A stretch of DNA of 62,323 nt, filler included, from Circinaria calcarea (lineage: Eukaryota): the NCBI GenBank assembly GCA_051942165.1. It is 27 parts of 27 records of this genome, joined end to end, with 100 filler letters (N's around TTAATTAATTAA, not from the genome) between each part and the next. Parts side by side here need not be neighbours in the genome. Positions count along the whole stretch, not along the records: positions 11,631 to 13,849 come from JAVECS010003760.1; positions 13,950 to 16,168 come from JAVECS010003761.1; positions 16,269 to 18,485 come from JAVECS010003762.1; positions 18,586 to 20,800 come from JAVECS010003763.1; positions 20,901 to 23,114 come from JAVECS010003764.1; positions 23,215 to 25,428 come from JAVECS010003765.1; 21 more parts are not named here. One strand, given 5' to 3'. Below, piece by piece: positions 12,314 through 24,680 of this stretch. A program made the position numbers and the translations under genes. The first letter of the stretch is position 1. Every line of letters begins with the position of its first letter. Under the pieces are notes generated by a model. The model saw only the letters and a list, made by a program, of their open reading frames with translations. It was not told where the DNA came from and searched no databases.

Positions 12314-12671
12314 CAAGGCCTCCAATGGCGCAGCCGGTACAGTGCGGCTTAGCAATTCACGGTGCAGTGTGGGCTATGTGTACTGTAGTATAATGCCAGT
12401 GCAGAAGGTTTTGCAGTTTTGCACTGATAATGCAGCTCTACGCACAGCCTTACAAGGCTCCCAGCCAACGCCCCGCCCCCTTTTAAACCCGGACCTTCAA
12501 TGGCCGATATTCGTGGCTATTTACCCCTATTGAGCGAAATCAGCTGCATTGTCAGTGCGCATTATTAATACAGTGCGACAGTGTACTGACGATACAGTGC
12601 GGAGCTCTGCACTGTAAAGACAGTACAGTACAGTGTTCTACCCTACACCGGCTATATTATCGGAGACCTTG
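12314..12671. mobile_element. Non-autonomous TIR element (MITE), same family as 33259-33828
   Basis: Left end CAAGGCCTCCAATGGCGCAGCCGGTACA; reverse complement of right end CAAGGTCTCCGATAATATAGCCGGTGTA. Many internal CAGTG/CACTG motifs. No TSD visible. Confidence 0.7.
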
Positions 12672-12923
12672 ACAGAGAGTCTTATACCCAGACTCGCCAG
12701 GAAAAAGGCAACCCGAGGCCCCACATCCATTAGCCAAAAGGCTGATTAGTGGCGGAGGGGGGCACACTTCCATATTATAATTCACATGCAAGCTTGCGCT
12801 TGTCTGTAACACCCACAGCACTTGAGATCCTCCACCTTTTATCGTTATATTCTATCCCAGCCTCCGCCGCAGTCCTCCAAATACACCCTCTCGATATCTG
12901 AGTACCTCGATCTAGGCGTCGTG

Positions 12924-13697
12924 ATGCCTCCGGTAGCCATCTCCACAGCTTCGATTAAGGAGGTACTTAGCTTTGTGAATAGAAATAACCTCGAATCTCT
13001 CGTCGCGTTCGTCGAGAAAATCGAAAAGGTCGTTTCCGACCGTGATACTGATAACGAAGCAAGAGGCATACCCGTCGGTGAAATAAGCGAGAGAGAAGTT
13101 TTTGAAGTCTTTGGGCTGGCAAACTCGTATGAGGAGCTGGGGCTGCTACGATTTTACAATATCCCGGAGATGAAAGCTAGGTGTCAACTCAGTCTCCGAC
13201 TATACCAAATCCAGCCATAGAATCCTCGAGTCTATTGCAAAGACGTTTGAATAGTCTATTAGCTAAATCTCCACGCCTAGCCATTCTCCAAAAGCGGCGG
13301 CAGGCTGAGGGAAATTCTAGCACCATCATATACGGATGCCTCACCGACGGGCAGTCTTACCAATTTGCAAAATTTGGTAACGAGGGAGACGTACGTGGAA
13401 GATTTTTAGTTCTTTACTCTCTCGTTTTTCTGTTCAGGGGGCTGACCTCAGTAGGTATCGCGCTCGAGAACTTTCGACATCGTCACGTAGATGGACGAGA
13501 TCTTCCGGTTTTTCCCATATTGTTTGCGCGCTATGATAGGGTCGTCGCCTACATCCTCACCATCAAGCCTCGGCGAAATGTCGACTGAAATATCGACCTT
13601 CGAAAGTGTTATACAGCCAAAATACATTTTTGAGGAAGTCGACGTGCCGGGTGAAGATATCGGGACTCTGGGTCTCTTAAAAATGGGGAATAGATAG
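12924..13697 (+). pseudogene. Degenerate gene with a fungal restriction-endonuclease-like (PD-(D/E)xK-type) C-terminal signature
   Basis: AILQKRR...IYGCLTDGQSYQFAKFGNEGD|VSRSRTFDI across intron 13391-13454. In-frame TAG at 13488-13490 and a frame disruption near 13180-13280. Confidence 0.5.
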
Positions 13698-13949
13698 AGA
13701 CTAAAGTAAGGTATCCGAGATAATTTTCTCGAATGCATTTGAAAGTTATGGCGGGCAACTTGCTTATCGGGTAAGAGCGCAAATGCTTCCGTTTCTCAAG
13801 CCTTCTATCCGAACTTGATTAGTTTATGCTTTTAGACAATGGGTGATGTNNNNNNNNNNNNNNNNNNNNNNNNNNNNNNNNNNNNNNNNNNNNTTAATTA
13901 ATTAANNNNNNNNNNNNNNNNNNNNNNNNNNNNNNNNNNNNNNNNNNNN

Positions 13950-14892
13950 AGCGGATCCAACAAATCTGAAAGATGGTCAGACAACCTATCTCCCGCGCCA
14001 GGAACCTCTTCGTCGCGACAGCCTCAAGCGACGTGAGGCATTGCTTAAAGGCAAGGAAGGGAGTCGCCGGCGTCAGAGATGGGAGAATGGTCGGTTCTCC
14101 CACATTACTCAAGTGACGCCGTGTAAGCGACGCTATGCTCCAGCATCTTTGTTGACGTTTATCCTACCGCAGATCGGCTGTTGAACAACCCTTGGGCGCA
14201 ACCTCCTTTGCCCAGTGATTGGGAAGTCCACCCCACACATCCTAAGCATACAGTTCCATACTTCCTTGCGCCATTGTGGGATGCTGGAATGGCTGCTAGA
14301 ACCGCAGCGACGGACAAGGAGCGCAAAGCCAAGGCTAGACGAGAAGACGACTCGGCTGATCGCGTACCTAAAGAACTCCGCGAAAGGCTCAAGCGGACTA
14401 AAGCCGCCAAAGGTCTTTTGCAAGACCTAGAAGAGGAGGTAAGAAAGTTTGTTAAGAGCTGGGAGAAGAAGCAGGAGAACCTCCAGGAAGAAGGCCTGCA
14501 TGACATTGACTCCGAAGATGATGAGATCGTATTCGTTGGTCGAAGTGGTCAGATGCACGATATGCCTTCATCTCCCAAATCGAAGACTGGTATGGAGGAG
14601 GAGGAAGAGGAAATTAGAAAGGAGAAGCTTGTGTTTGACAGCCTCGCGGATGATCGCCGTGCAAGATTTGGGTAAGATGACTCGTTACATACATGGCAAG
14701 TTATTGCTAATTCATTGTAGACGCTGGCTTGTGCACTCCATAGCGTCTTACTATGACCTTCGTACGTGGTCTGTAACTGTAGGCGATCCAGCGCGACGAG
14801 AAGCCTACGTTGGCATCAAACAAATGAAGACGGGTAATAGGCCAGGTTCTGCAAGCGGGAAACTCCCTCGCCCTCTTTGGAATATGGTCTAG
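13950..14892 (+). CDS. R3H-associated N-terminal domain protein (5' truncated)
   Basis: RRDSLKRREALLKGKEGSRRRQRWEN|DRLLNNPWAQPPLPSDWEV, then C-terminal RWLVHSIASYYDLRTWSVTVGDPARREAYVG. Two introns. Confidence 0.8.
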
Positions 14893-15315
14893 AGCTTTCA
14901 TCTCATTGTAATAAGCAGTATGTATGGCGGACATCGTTTTCGCGACTTAGGTTATCAAATCTGTTTAATAGTGATTTTCAGCTTGGTTTGCCATCTTTAA
15001 ATAGGATATTGTAGTTCAGGCTTCATCAGGATAATCGTGCACGTATTCTCCTTTGCAATTCAGTTAAATCTGTGCTGAGATTCTGTCAGGGTCTCTGGTA
15101 GTTTATAGGAAGTCAACATTGTAAATTTTCCACACCTTCATACTTTGTAAATGTTGACCCCGCAGTCGAGGTCTAGTGGGGGTAATGGTGGGCTGTCTCT
15201 GGTCGCGTTTACCGTGACGCGATTTCGTGACAATTTCCAAAATAGACTAGAATATCACTACATTGACTCCATCTTCAATATCTGAACTAGTTAGTTCCCA
15301 TCGATAGTATTTACA

Positions 15316-16168
<853 letters not shown>

Positions 16169-16270
16169 NNNNNNNNNNNNNNNNNNNNNNNNNNNNNNNN
16201 NNNNNNNNNNNNTTAATTAATTAANNNNNNNNNNNNNNNNNNNNNNNNNNNNNNNNNNNNNNNNNNNNAA

Positions 16271-17341
16271 AGGCAGAAACACCTAAACTGGTCGGATACC
16301 ACTCCAAAACCTTATCGGCGAAAACACAAGCTGCTTGGTGGTGCATCCAGCAGCGGTCATGAAGAATTCGGGCGAGGAGTGTGGAGTGTAGTTTACCGCG
16401 CCGAGGAACTCCCTTGCCATCCAGCAAAACCAGAAGTCTTAACTCCCCCTACTTCTCCTCTCACCAAATCCAATTTAGCTGCCTCTCGCAAAGTCCTTGC
16501 CGTAAAGGCTCCGGTTCGACGAGACGCGCATAAGGTGCTGGCTAACGAAGCACGAATCCTCACTTACCTCCACCAAAGGTCCAACGCCAAGGATTATCTG
16601 GTCCAGTTTCATGGTTATGACTCGGCAGAACACTCCATCATCCTCGATGCCTACCCATTGACCCTGGCCACACATGCGAAGTCCAGCCTCGCCAGCACCC
16701 GTGCCAGCTTCACTGCCAAGACCATGTTCGATCCCGTGGTTGGTAGAGTACAATGGGTTGAAATTGCAAAAGGACTGATCAATGGAATCGCCTTCCTCCA
16801 TGACTTTGGCTGCGTACATGGAGACATCAAACCCGCCAATATCCTTCTCCAACCTACTTCTTCTTCCAGCTTTCGTCCTCTTTTCTGCGACTTTTCCTCC
16901 TCACATATCCTTTGCCCCTCATCTACTTCGCCGATTGGTGAGGTCAGTGCTGTAACGCCAGACTTCACCTCGCCAGAACTTCTAGCTTCCTTCTACCACC
17001 GTAATGGCAGTCGAGCAGTAGCGACTTTCGCATCTGATGTCTTTGCTTTGGGCGTAACATTGATGGTAGCTGCGACGGGAGAGAGTCCGTATGAGGGTGC
17101 TCGGATGGAGATCCAGAAACTGGGCATGGCAAAGGAAGGACGACCGATAGAATTCGCGAGAGCAGGCGACCAGGCGAGTAGGATTATGAAGGGAAAAATG
17201 GTCGTGAAGAGCTTGGCCCGAGCTTTGGAAAAGGATCCATTGAAGAGGATCGGTGCGGTAGAGTGGAGTTCAGAGATCGTGGAGGCTTTGAAGGGTGGAG
17301 AGGCCTACGAGTCGCTTGTTAATAACAGAAACCCAGTGTAA
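16271..17341 (+). CDS. Ser/Thr protein kinase-like protein (5' truncated)
   Basis: Gly loop FGRGVWSVVY, LAVK, HGDIKPANILL, DFS, SPE and SDVFALG. Confidence 0.9.
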   Translation, partial: RQKHLNWSDTTPKPYRRKHKLLGGASSSGHEEFGRGVWSVVYRAEELPCHPAKPEVLTPPTSPLTKSNLAASRKVLAVKAPVRRDAHKVLANEARILTYLHQRSNAKDYLVQFHGYDSAEHSIILDAYPLTLATHAKSSLASTRASFTAKTMFDPVVGRVQWVEIAKGLINGIAFLHDFGCVHGDIKPANILLQPTSSSSFRPLFCDFSSSHILCPSSTSPIGEVSAVTPDFTSPELLASFYHRNGSRAVATFASDVFALGVTLMVAATGESPYEGARMEIQKLGMAKEGRPIEFARAGDQASRIMKGKMVVKSLARALEKDPLKRIGAVEWSSEIVEALKGGEAYESLVNNRNPV

Positions 17342-18585
17342 TAGTCTACACCATTGAGCCCGGCGTTGTGGATATATTATTCTACGGAATTGTTGCTTTG
17401 GAGTACAATCCTCTTGCTGGAAGGGCTAACTCAGAGGTTACTTTGTGTATTGTTATAGACGCCTTTCGGGCTGGCTAGCGACTCATAGTCAATCGTTAGA
17501 AGAGCGGCAAATGAGAAAAGTAGTCTCCAGCTCCTCAGTTTAGCTAACTTTGAAATTCTATGTGCTCTTTTCTCGGAGATTAATACTTACTAATCTCACC
17601 GTGCTTTCCACCTCGATTGAATGACTCTTTTGCAGAGAATTCTAAGATGCTGCAGGTAGCCCGTCTCGCTTTCCTTGCATTGATCCACTATGACACGGTC
17701 CAACGTCCAAGACTTTAGCAATCTATTCCCCTTATCTTCGATGCGTAGGCCCTAGAACCATATCCTCGGGCTCATATTGGCACCGACAGGGTGGTTAAGA
17801 CCCGCTGGGTTGCGTAGCGCTGTCACCTTGCGTCTTCTGGGTTTTTGCAGATTGGAAAAGTAGCTTGTAGATGCATCCCCATGCCGTGATGTCGGGATCT
17901 GCAGTATTGAAAGGCTTCAGATGCTACCAAGATTGGGCACCGATCACCGAGCACTTTCTCGTATTTGGTATACGAATTTGAAAGATGTGCTTGCGGCTTC
18001 CTCGAGCCGCGACTCTGGTGATCATCTGGGTAGATTCCCAGTCGATCGTGAAATCCGAATCAGCGGTGAACTTAACAAGCACGAGGGTACAATGCCAAAA
18101 ACTTTTAATCCTGGTTTTGGCGACGCGAACCCATGTCGTATTTTCGTCATTGACCCTGTTATCGCAATTAAAATTGTATATTCGACTCTTGGGGCTGTCC
18201 CGACTCTGTGGCGTGGTGTCCCTGCCCTCATCTAGTATAGTAGGCGGATGCAATCTTAAAATCCCGCGCCCGGGAGACTGGTCGAAAAAAGCCACAGATA
18301 CCACAGCGTCGGGAATATCCCACAGGCTAGCCACATGTAGGCAGCGATAAAGCTGTATCGGATCGATGTCGACTGAGGGCAGACTTTGCCAGAAAGAATA
18401 GGTGCATGAGGTAGGTATTTCGCCGCGCCAAACAAGGATTCAACAGGGATGGTAATGTATATTCTCCTCCGCCGGGCAGGCTTTCNNNNNNNNNNNNNNN
18501 NNNNNNNNNNNNNNNNNNNNNNNNNNNNNTTAATTAATTAANNNNNNNNNNNNNNNNNNNNNNNNNNNNNNNNNNNNNNNNNNNN

Positions 18586-19133
18586 AATTCGTGAAATATG
18601 CGCGGAACTACCTCCCCACATCGGCTGCCGAGATAGGAACTCGTTTGCATTTCTCGAATCACCGTCACTATAGACAGATTAGAATCTCCCCACGCCCAAT
18701 ATTCAAGTCGAAAAGCATCCAACACAACACTGAGACACAGGAGCATACCAAACCCTTCACCCACATCCTCCCCTGTCCCCTCCCTACCTTCCACCCTCAA
18801 CTCAAAATCATACCCGGTAGAAAACGCGTTATAGTCGACCCCAAGCACCTCCGCCGCCTCGTTGGAGCTTTCAAAATCTCCCACGTTACGTATCTGTATC
18901 AAGTCAAACCCCTCTTACCACTACGGCAAAACCAAAAGGTAAAAAGGCGTTGCCTGAAGGAGGGGGTACAACCCATGACTTACAACCCTCCCTCCCACTA
19001 AATCCAAACCCTCCTCCTCCACCTCCTCTGGAGAATGCCGAGACCATTCTCTCAAGTTGGTGGAGGTTTCATCCTCGCTCATGTGCAGGTCCCTGTTCGC
19101 ACCGATAGCATCTAATTGGCGTTTGTTCACCAT
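18586..19133 (-). CDS. Hypothetical spliced gene starting in the left palindrome arm (3' truncated); weak resemblance to APH-like kinase N-lobe
   Basis: Exons 19133-18984, 18893-18749 and 18667-18586, with GTAAGT/GTATGC donors and CAG/TAG acceptors, join in frame: MVNKRQLDAIGANRD...GGRV|IRNVGDFESS...GEGF|VTVIREMQTSSYLGSRCGEVVPRIFHE. Confidence 0.5.
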
Positions 19134-20800
19134 GAGATTTCTATGGGAATGTAGATTAAGGTTGAAGAAAAAAGGGAGTTGGTATCGGAGGTGGGGTAGT
19201 TCCGAGCAGAGAATGGACATAAAGAGTTACTAGGAGACCGAGAACTGTTACAAGTGATTGGAATGATAGGTCCTCTTGGGCTAATATAGCCGAGGGTAAT
19301 TCACCCGGCTAGCTGGATGCAGTAAAGCGCGGGGATTGGCTGTTCAAAGGTCAATCTGCCAGGCTTGTGCTTCGTCATGGCTAATCAGCTGACAGAGGTC
19401 GTTATTGGTGGGAGACGACGGGTGCATGAGGAGGTGAGAATTCATATCTTCAGCTTCAAAGGTTCACAAAAGCATCGACGAGATGGGATCTTACACGAGA
19501 AATCCTCCTACTCTCCTCTACATCACCCGCCTCGATTGTTGTGAAAGGCAACTTGGATTCAGCAAAGCGTGGTGATCGTGACTTGCTGCTCGCGTGTCTG
19601 ACACAGTCTGTCTAGGGTATCTATTTTGTAAAATGCAAATTCCATCCTCTCACCCCCTAACGTGTTCCCCTTTCGCTCCAACGCCACCCGGTGCCATACA
19701 ACATTCGCTACAAGACATTGGTACGAAGAGCTTGCCAGAGCTCCGACAAGGCGTGCTTGACGGCAAGGTTCGATTCGAGCTGAGGACGGTCAGTGCACAA
19801 GCCGAGGGTAACGTGCACGGATTGCACAGCTTCGATAAGAAGCTGTATTCATGAGTGACCTCGAAAGCAAATTTTGTATGGCACCAGGTGGCGTTGGAGC
19901 GAAAGGGGAACACGTTAGGGGGTGAGAGGATGGGATTTGCATTTTACAAAATAGATACCCTAGACAGACTGTGTCAGACACGCAAGCAGCAACTCACGAT
20001 CACCACGCTTTGCTGAATCCAAGTTGCCTTTCACGACAATCGAGGCGGGTGATGTAGAAGAGAGTACGAGGAATTCTCGTGTAAGATCCCATCTCGTCGA
20101 TGTTTTTATGAAATTTTGAAGCTGAAGATATGAGTTCTGACCTCTCCTCATGCACCCGTCGTCTCCCACCAGCAACGACCTCTGTCAGCTGATTAGCCAT
20201 GACGAAGCACAAGCCTGGCAGATTGACCTTTGAATAGCCAACCCCCGCGCTTTACTGCATGCAGCTAGCCGGGTGACTTACCCTCGGCTATATTAGCCCA
20301 AGAGGACCTATTATTTCTATCACTTGTAACAGTTCTCGGTCTCCTAGTAACTCTTTATGTCCGTTCTCTGCTCGTAACTACCCCACCTCTGATACCCACT
20401 CCCTTTTTTCTTCAACCTTAATTTACATTCCTATAGAAATCTCATGGTGAACAAACGCAAACTAGATGCTATCGGTGCGAACAGGAACCTGAACATGAGC
20501 GAGGATGAAAACTTCGACCAACTTGAGAGAATGGTCTCGGCATTCTCCAGAGGAGGCGAAGGCGGAGGGTTTGGATTTAATGGGAGGGAGGGTTGTAAGT
20601 CATGGGTTTTACCCCCTCCTTCCGACAACGCCTTTTTACCTTTTGGTTTTGCGGTAGTGGGAGGAGGGGTTTGACTTGATACATATACAGATACCTAACG
20701 TGGGAGATTTTGAAAGCTCCAACGAGGCGGCGGAGGTGCTGGGGGTCGACTATAACGCGTTTTCTACCGGGTATGATTTTGAGTTGAGGGTGGAAGGTAG
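18784..20800. repeat. Long imperfect inverted repeat: arms ~18784-19709 and ~19865-20800 (right arm cut by contig end), spacer ~155 bp
   Basis: The arms are reverse complements along their whole length (e.g. 18784 CTACCTTCCACCCTCAACTCAAAATCATACCCGG matches the contig end at 20800). They differ by scattered substitutions and small indels. The ORF track shows twin peptides on opposite strands. Confidence 0.97.
20444..20800 (+). pseudogene. Frameshifted second copy of the same gene in the right palindrome arm
   Basis: MVNKRKLDAIGANRNLNMSEDE, then one extra base (GAAAACTTCG vs GAAACCTCC) shifts the donor at 20595 to phase 1, so exon 2 is out of frame. Confidence 0.5.
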
Positions 20801-21361
20801 NNNNNNNNNNNNNNNNNNNNNNNNNNNNNNNNNNNNNNNNNNNNTTAATTAATTAANNNNNNNNNNNNNNNNNNNNNNNNNNNNNNNNNNNNNNNNNNNN
20901 CCGCCCAGGCCCGCCCCGCGCCTACTGGCGACGAAGAAGCAGCCAAGAACCTAGACAAGGCATTAAATTCACCTTCGCCAAAAACGCCCGGTCCGCAATC
21001 ACCCACCCTCTCGGAAGAAATGGCTCACTTAAACCTTGCAGGCCAATCCAGCCCAAGCAGTCCGGTGGATCCAACGGATCCAAAGGGCAAGAAGAAAGCT
21101 CGGAGGCCGAGGAGGGACTTGCTGGAGCGGGAGCTGAGACGGTGGATGGGGAAGGGGGGATTGCAAGAGAGGATGGAGAAGATAGGAAAGAGGGGGATAT
21201 TTGGGAGTAGCGGGTTGGACGCATGGGAATTTATGCCTAGGGCTGTTGTGGTGTCGGTTTGAAATACGGAGAGGGACTGCGTTTGGTTAGAGATTTGTTA
21301 TGCTCGGGAGTAGGCATCGATAGGTTAATCTACCTAACATTCTGAGCATAACCCAAAAAAT

Positions 21362-21855
21362 CGGTGAGTATCTGCCACGCACCCCAAAGATGCTATTCCT
21401 TTCTCCTATGCATTTTTCATATTTGCCACGCACCTCATTTAATATGTTGCGCTTACGCACCTTTAATATATACTTCTATACACCCTCGGTAAGATATTAT
21501 CATCAATATCGCCTTTTCCAGCGACGGCTATTATACTCCGATGCTTAAGGCTTCATAGAAGTAGCTATTTAAGTTGTTTGAGAAAATAATTAATATATGA
21601 AGAAAAAGATTTAGAGGGAAATAATAAATGAAATAAAGAAATTAGTAATTTAAATTATAATACGAAACGATTCCGGAGCCTCCGGCGGCAGGAATTAATC
21701 GGAGGAGTGCGTCGGTGATAATATATTATAAGGGCGGGGAGTGCAGGGGATACGTGGAAGTAGTAAAGGGTTGGGGGGGGGGTTGCGTAGCAGATATAAA
21801 AAGATACGTAGCAGAAAGAAATAATATCTTTAAGGTACGTAGCAGATATTCGCCG
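21362..21855. mobile_element. MITE-like element with ~75-bp imperfect TIRs and an AT-rich core (possibly Tc1/mariner-pogo derived)
   Basis: Left end CGGTGAGTATCTGCCACGCACCCCAAAGATGCTATTCC; reverse complement of right end CGGCGAATATCTGCTACGTACCTTAAAGATATTATTTC. TA flanks the right end only. Confidence 0.8.
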
Positions 21856-21914
21856 TAATTAGAACTGGTGGAAAAAGAAACGAGTACCATATAAACACAT
21901 TCTTGATTGTTATA

Positions 21915-23011
21915 CTAATCGACTATTTCCCGCTTTATTTCCCGCTTAATATCCCGCTTTATTTCCCGCTTAATATCCCGCTTAATATCCCTCCCAGATA
22001 TCGGTACTGTCGTTGTAGCCAAGGACTCAACCTTCGTTGACGGCCACTCACTCAGGAGCTTGACGACTTCCTCCCGCTGATACATTTCCGCAAGTTCCAG
22101 GGGCGTCCTTCCTCTCGTGTCTTTGGCATCTCGATCCGCGCCCCTCTCCAACAGGAAGGCCGCCTCGTCCTTATGGCCGCACTGCGCAGCACAGTGCAAA
22201 GCCGTGCCCAAGCCCATGGTAGAAGAATAGTGGAAACTCTTATGGTCCTCACGATCGATGGCGTCAATGGGCGCACCGCAGTCTAGGAGGTAGGCTAGTA
22301 CTTCCACCCGTCCTGGTCTCCCTCCAGTTGCGGCGCCGTGGAGAGCTCCGGTGCGCCGAACATCTCCACCGTGAGAGACAAGCAACTTGATGATGTGGAG
22401 CGGCGCATGGGCGCATCCCATCGTGAAGGGAGTATGTCCGTAGTCACAGGCCATGTTTGGGTCTGCCCCGTGGGCGAGGAACCATCGGGTCAGATGTTAG
22501 TCATCGAGAACCTCTCTGAGACATCTTAGTATGGCTTCTATTATGTCAAAGGCGTAAAAAGGCTGGTTGGAACCTACCTGAGTGAGGGGGGCAGGCTAGC
22601 GGTCCACTGCCGGTTGATATCCCATCCATGGTCGAGGAACGCCCGGAAGACGTCCGTAGACCGAGTGTTGCGATCGGCACCCTCGGGTCTCCTCTTAAAT
22701 GCATACTCGAGCACATATTGGTTGATCGGGAAGCCTTGATCCAGCAAGTAGCGGACAATAGGCACGTGGTTGAGTTCGATTGCAGTACACAGAGCGGGTA
22801 GAAAAGGGTACGTGTAGAATTGATCATAACCATTGGGCTTATGACCCGGAAGATATTGGAGACTAGAGAATCCTGGAGGTGGTTCGGACCTAGGTTTCGA
22901 CGTCCATTGGGAGAAGATGTTTTGGACTTGGAGTAACTGGCCAGCAGTACTCGCAGCAGTCAAGTCTCGAGCTACGGCGTCCCAGGTGTTATAAGTTTTC
23001 TTTCGTGGCAT
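21915..23011 (-). pseudogene. Ankyrin-repeat protein with a premature stop
   Basis: Ankyrin motifs GALHGAA, GTALHCAA, LLERGAD and GRTPLELA. One intron (~22525-22577). In-frame TAA at 22497-22499 in LDD*HLTRWFLAHGADPN. C-terminal RDIK/REIK repeats. Confidence 0.7.
21924..21991 (-). repeat. 12-bp coding tandem repeat (R-D/E-I-K), about 5.5 copies
   Basis: Units ATTTCCCGCTTT / ATATCCCGCTTA repeated on the plus strand. Confidence 0.9.
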
Positions 23012-24680
23012 CCTGGAAAGCGGTCGGTTGATTCGATGCTTGGAAACAGGATTAAACAACAGTTAGAGTACCCCTCCTATATAGCGAATAAGGCATGTTA
23101 CAACTGTCATCGGANNNNNNNNNNNNNNNNNNNNNNNNNNNNNNNNNNNNNNNNNNNNTTAATTAATTAANNNNNNNNNNNNNNNNNNNNNNNNNNNNNN
23201 NNNNNNNNNNNNNNTTCAGCTTCTTGCGCCCGTTTTCGTTTTCGGTCAGGACTTGAGGTATTTACTAAGGCCGACGACTCCTGTGGGGCCATTTGACTCG
23301 ATTAGTCTTCGTAGCATAAGATGCGGGGAAGATCATAGGACATGCCTCTTCACCAAGGGATTTACCCCTAGAAAGAAAGGGAAGCAAGAGTGATTGCTCA
23401 AGGCTCTTGTCTTTAGGCTGAGGTTGCTGACGAAGAAATTGTATATCTTGCAGACGTGCGCTCTTGCGAACAGGCCTGTATAGCGGTTTCCGCTCGATAC
23501 CACGAGGTTTCTTTCCTATAATTGGTGAGCGGTAGGTAAGGGTGGGTTCAATGCAAATGTGTCACCTTGCTCAGCCACTGGTTTCAGCACTGGCAATCGT
23601 CGGCCTTTTCTTTGAACGTTTGATTCTGTAAGATGTTGAGGCATGTCGATTGGAAAGAGGGAAAGACGCTGCTTCTATACTGCTGCTGGATCGACACGAA
23701 ATGGGCGCTTGGAAGACAAGCGGGTAACTGGTGAAGGCTTAGCGAGAGTACCAAAATACATGTTAGTTCGGTCCCATGAAAATAAGGGTATGACTCATCA
23801 AAGGTGGTCCGTGACAACTAAGGGTCCGTGGGTTCCGCGCTACTGAGAACATCAACATACTCTCGCTTTAGAATTACAATCAGCAATATGCACTTGAAGA
23901 GCCCTGCTGCTACAATCAATCATCCAGAAACCCGATATTAGAGTTTAAGACTCCTTGGAGTCGATGTGAAAGGAGTCCGTGATATCGACGGACTCCTCCT
24001 ACCCAGTATATTAAGCTACTGCTTAGGGCCTAGGCGACATGTACTACAAAGGTCCAATCGATCGAATTAGGCTACCATGAACCGGTAGCTTATACGTACA
24101 CTCTCCGCCCGCGTGAACAGTGAATGCCCGGGAGCAGTAGATATTAAAGCGGATTATCCCAAGTACGAACATAACGTCCTCCACATCAGCTCCCTACTCC
24201 CCCAGGGTCTCTCCTCGAATCGGTAAGTTGACGCTTCAGTCTTCCTTGGAAAGAAATACACCTGATCGATCTGGAAGCTAAGTGGAAGCTATGCTTGAAC
24301 AGATGGCGCTGAAAAGCTGCAACGGCTTCTGTCTACCCCATTGAGCAACACAGGAACCACAGCGGCGTTATGTCCCAGCGAATATGAGGATTAAGGTGCT
24401 TACGTGCAGGTTCTATTGTTTCTCCAGTTCACATCCAAGGCTTCCGACTATGAAAGCAATTGGTTTTTAAATACCATTCTTTGATCGAGCTACCAGTGCT
24501 ACGTGATCACCAACTGGGACAAAAGACCCAGAATAAGGGGGTATCGTTAAGAATACTATATAGAACAAGTCTATTGAAAATTACCTTGGGGGGTAAATTA
24601 GGCAGAAACGAGTGGAGGAAATGGTGTCGCTGCCAGCAATACCAGCCGCCAGCCGCCAGCCGCCAGCAGTGCTGAACATC

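Noticed and set aside
17921..18485. Overlapping 100-136 aa ORFs
   Set aside because: No recognisable domain in any frame, and the coding strand cannot be determined.
19760..19785. GGTTCGATTC as a tRNA T-loop in the palindrome spacer
   Set aside because: No T-stem pairing or cloverleaf can be built around it.
23949..23997. Two small hairpins (GACTCC/GGAGTC and a 10-bp AGGAGTCCGT/ACGGACTCCT stem)
   Set aside because: They are isolated, with no ribozyme, tRNA or Helitron-end context, and could arise by chance.
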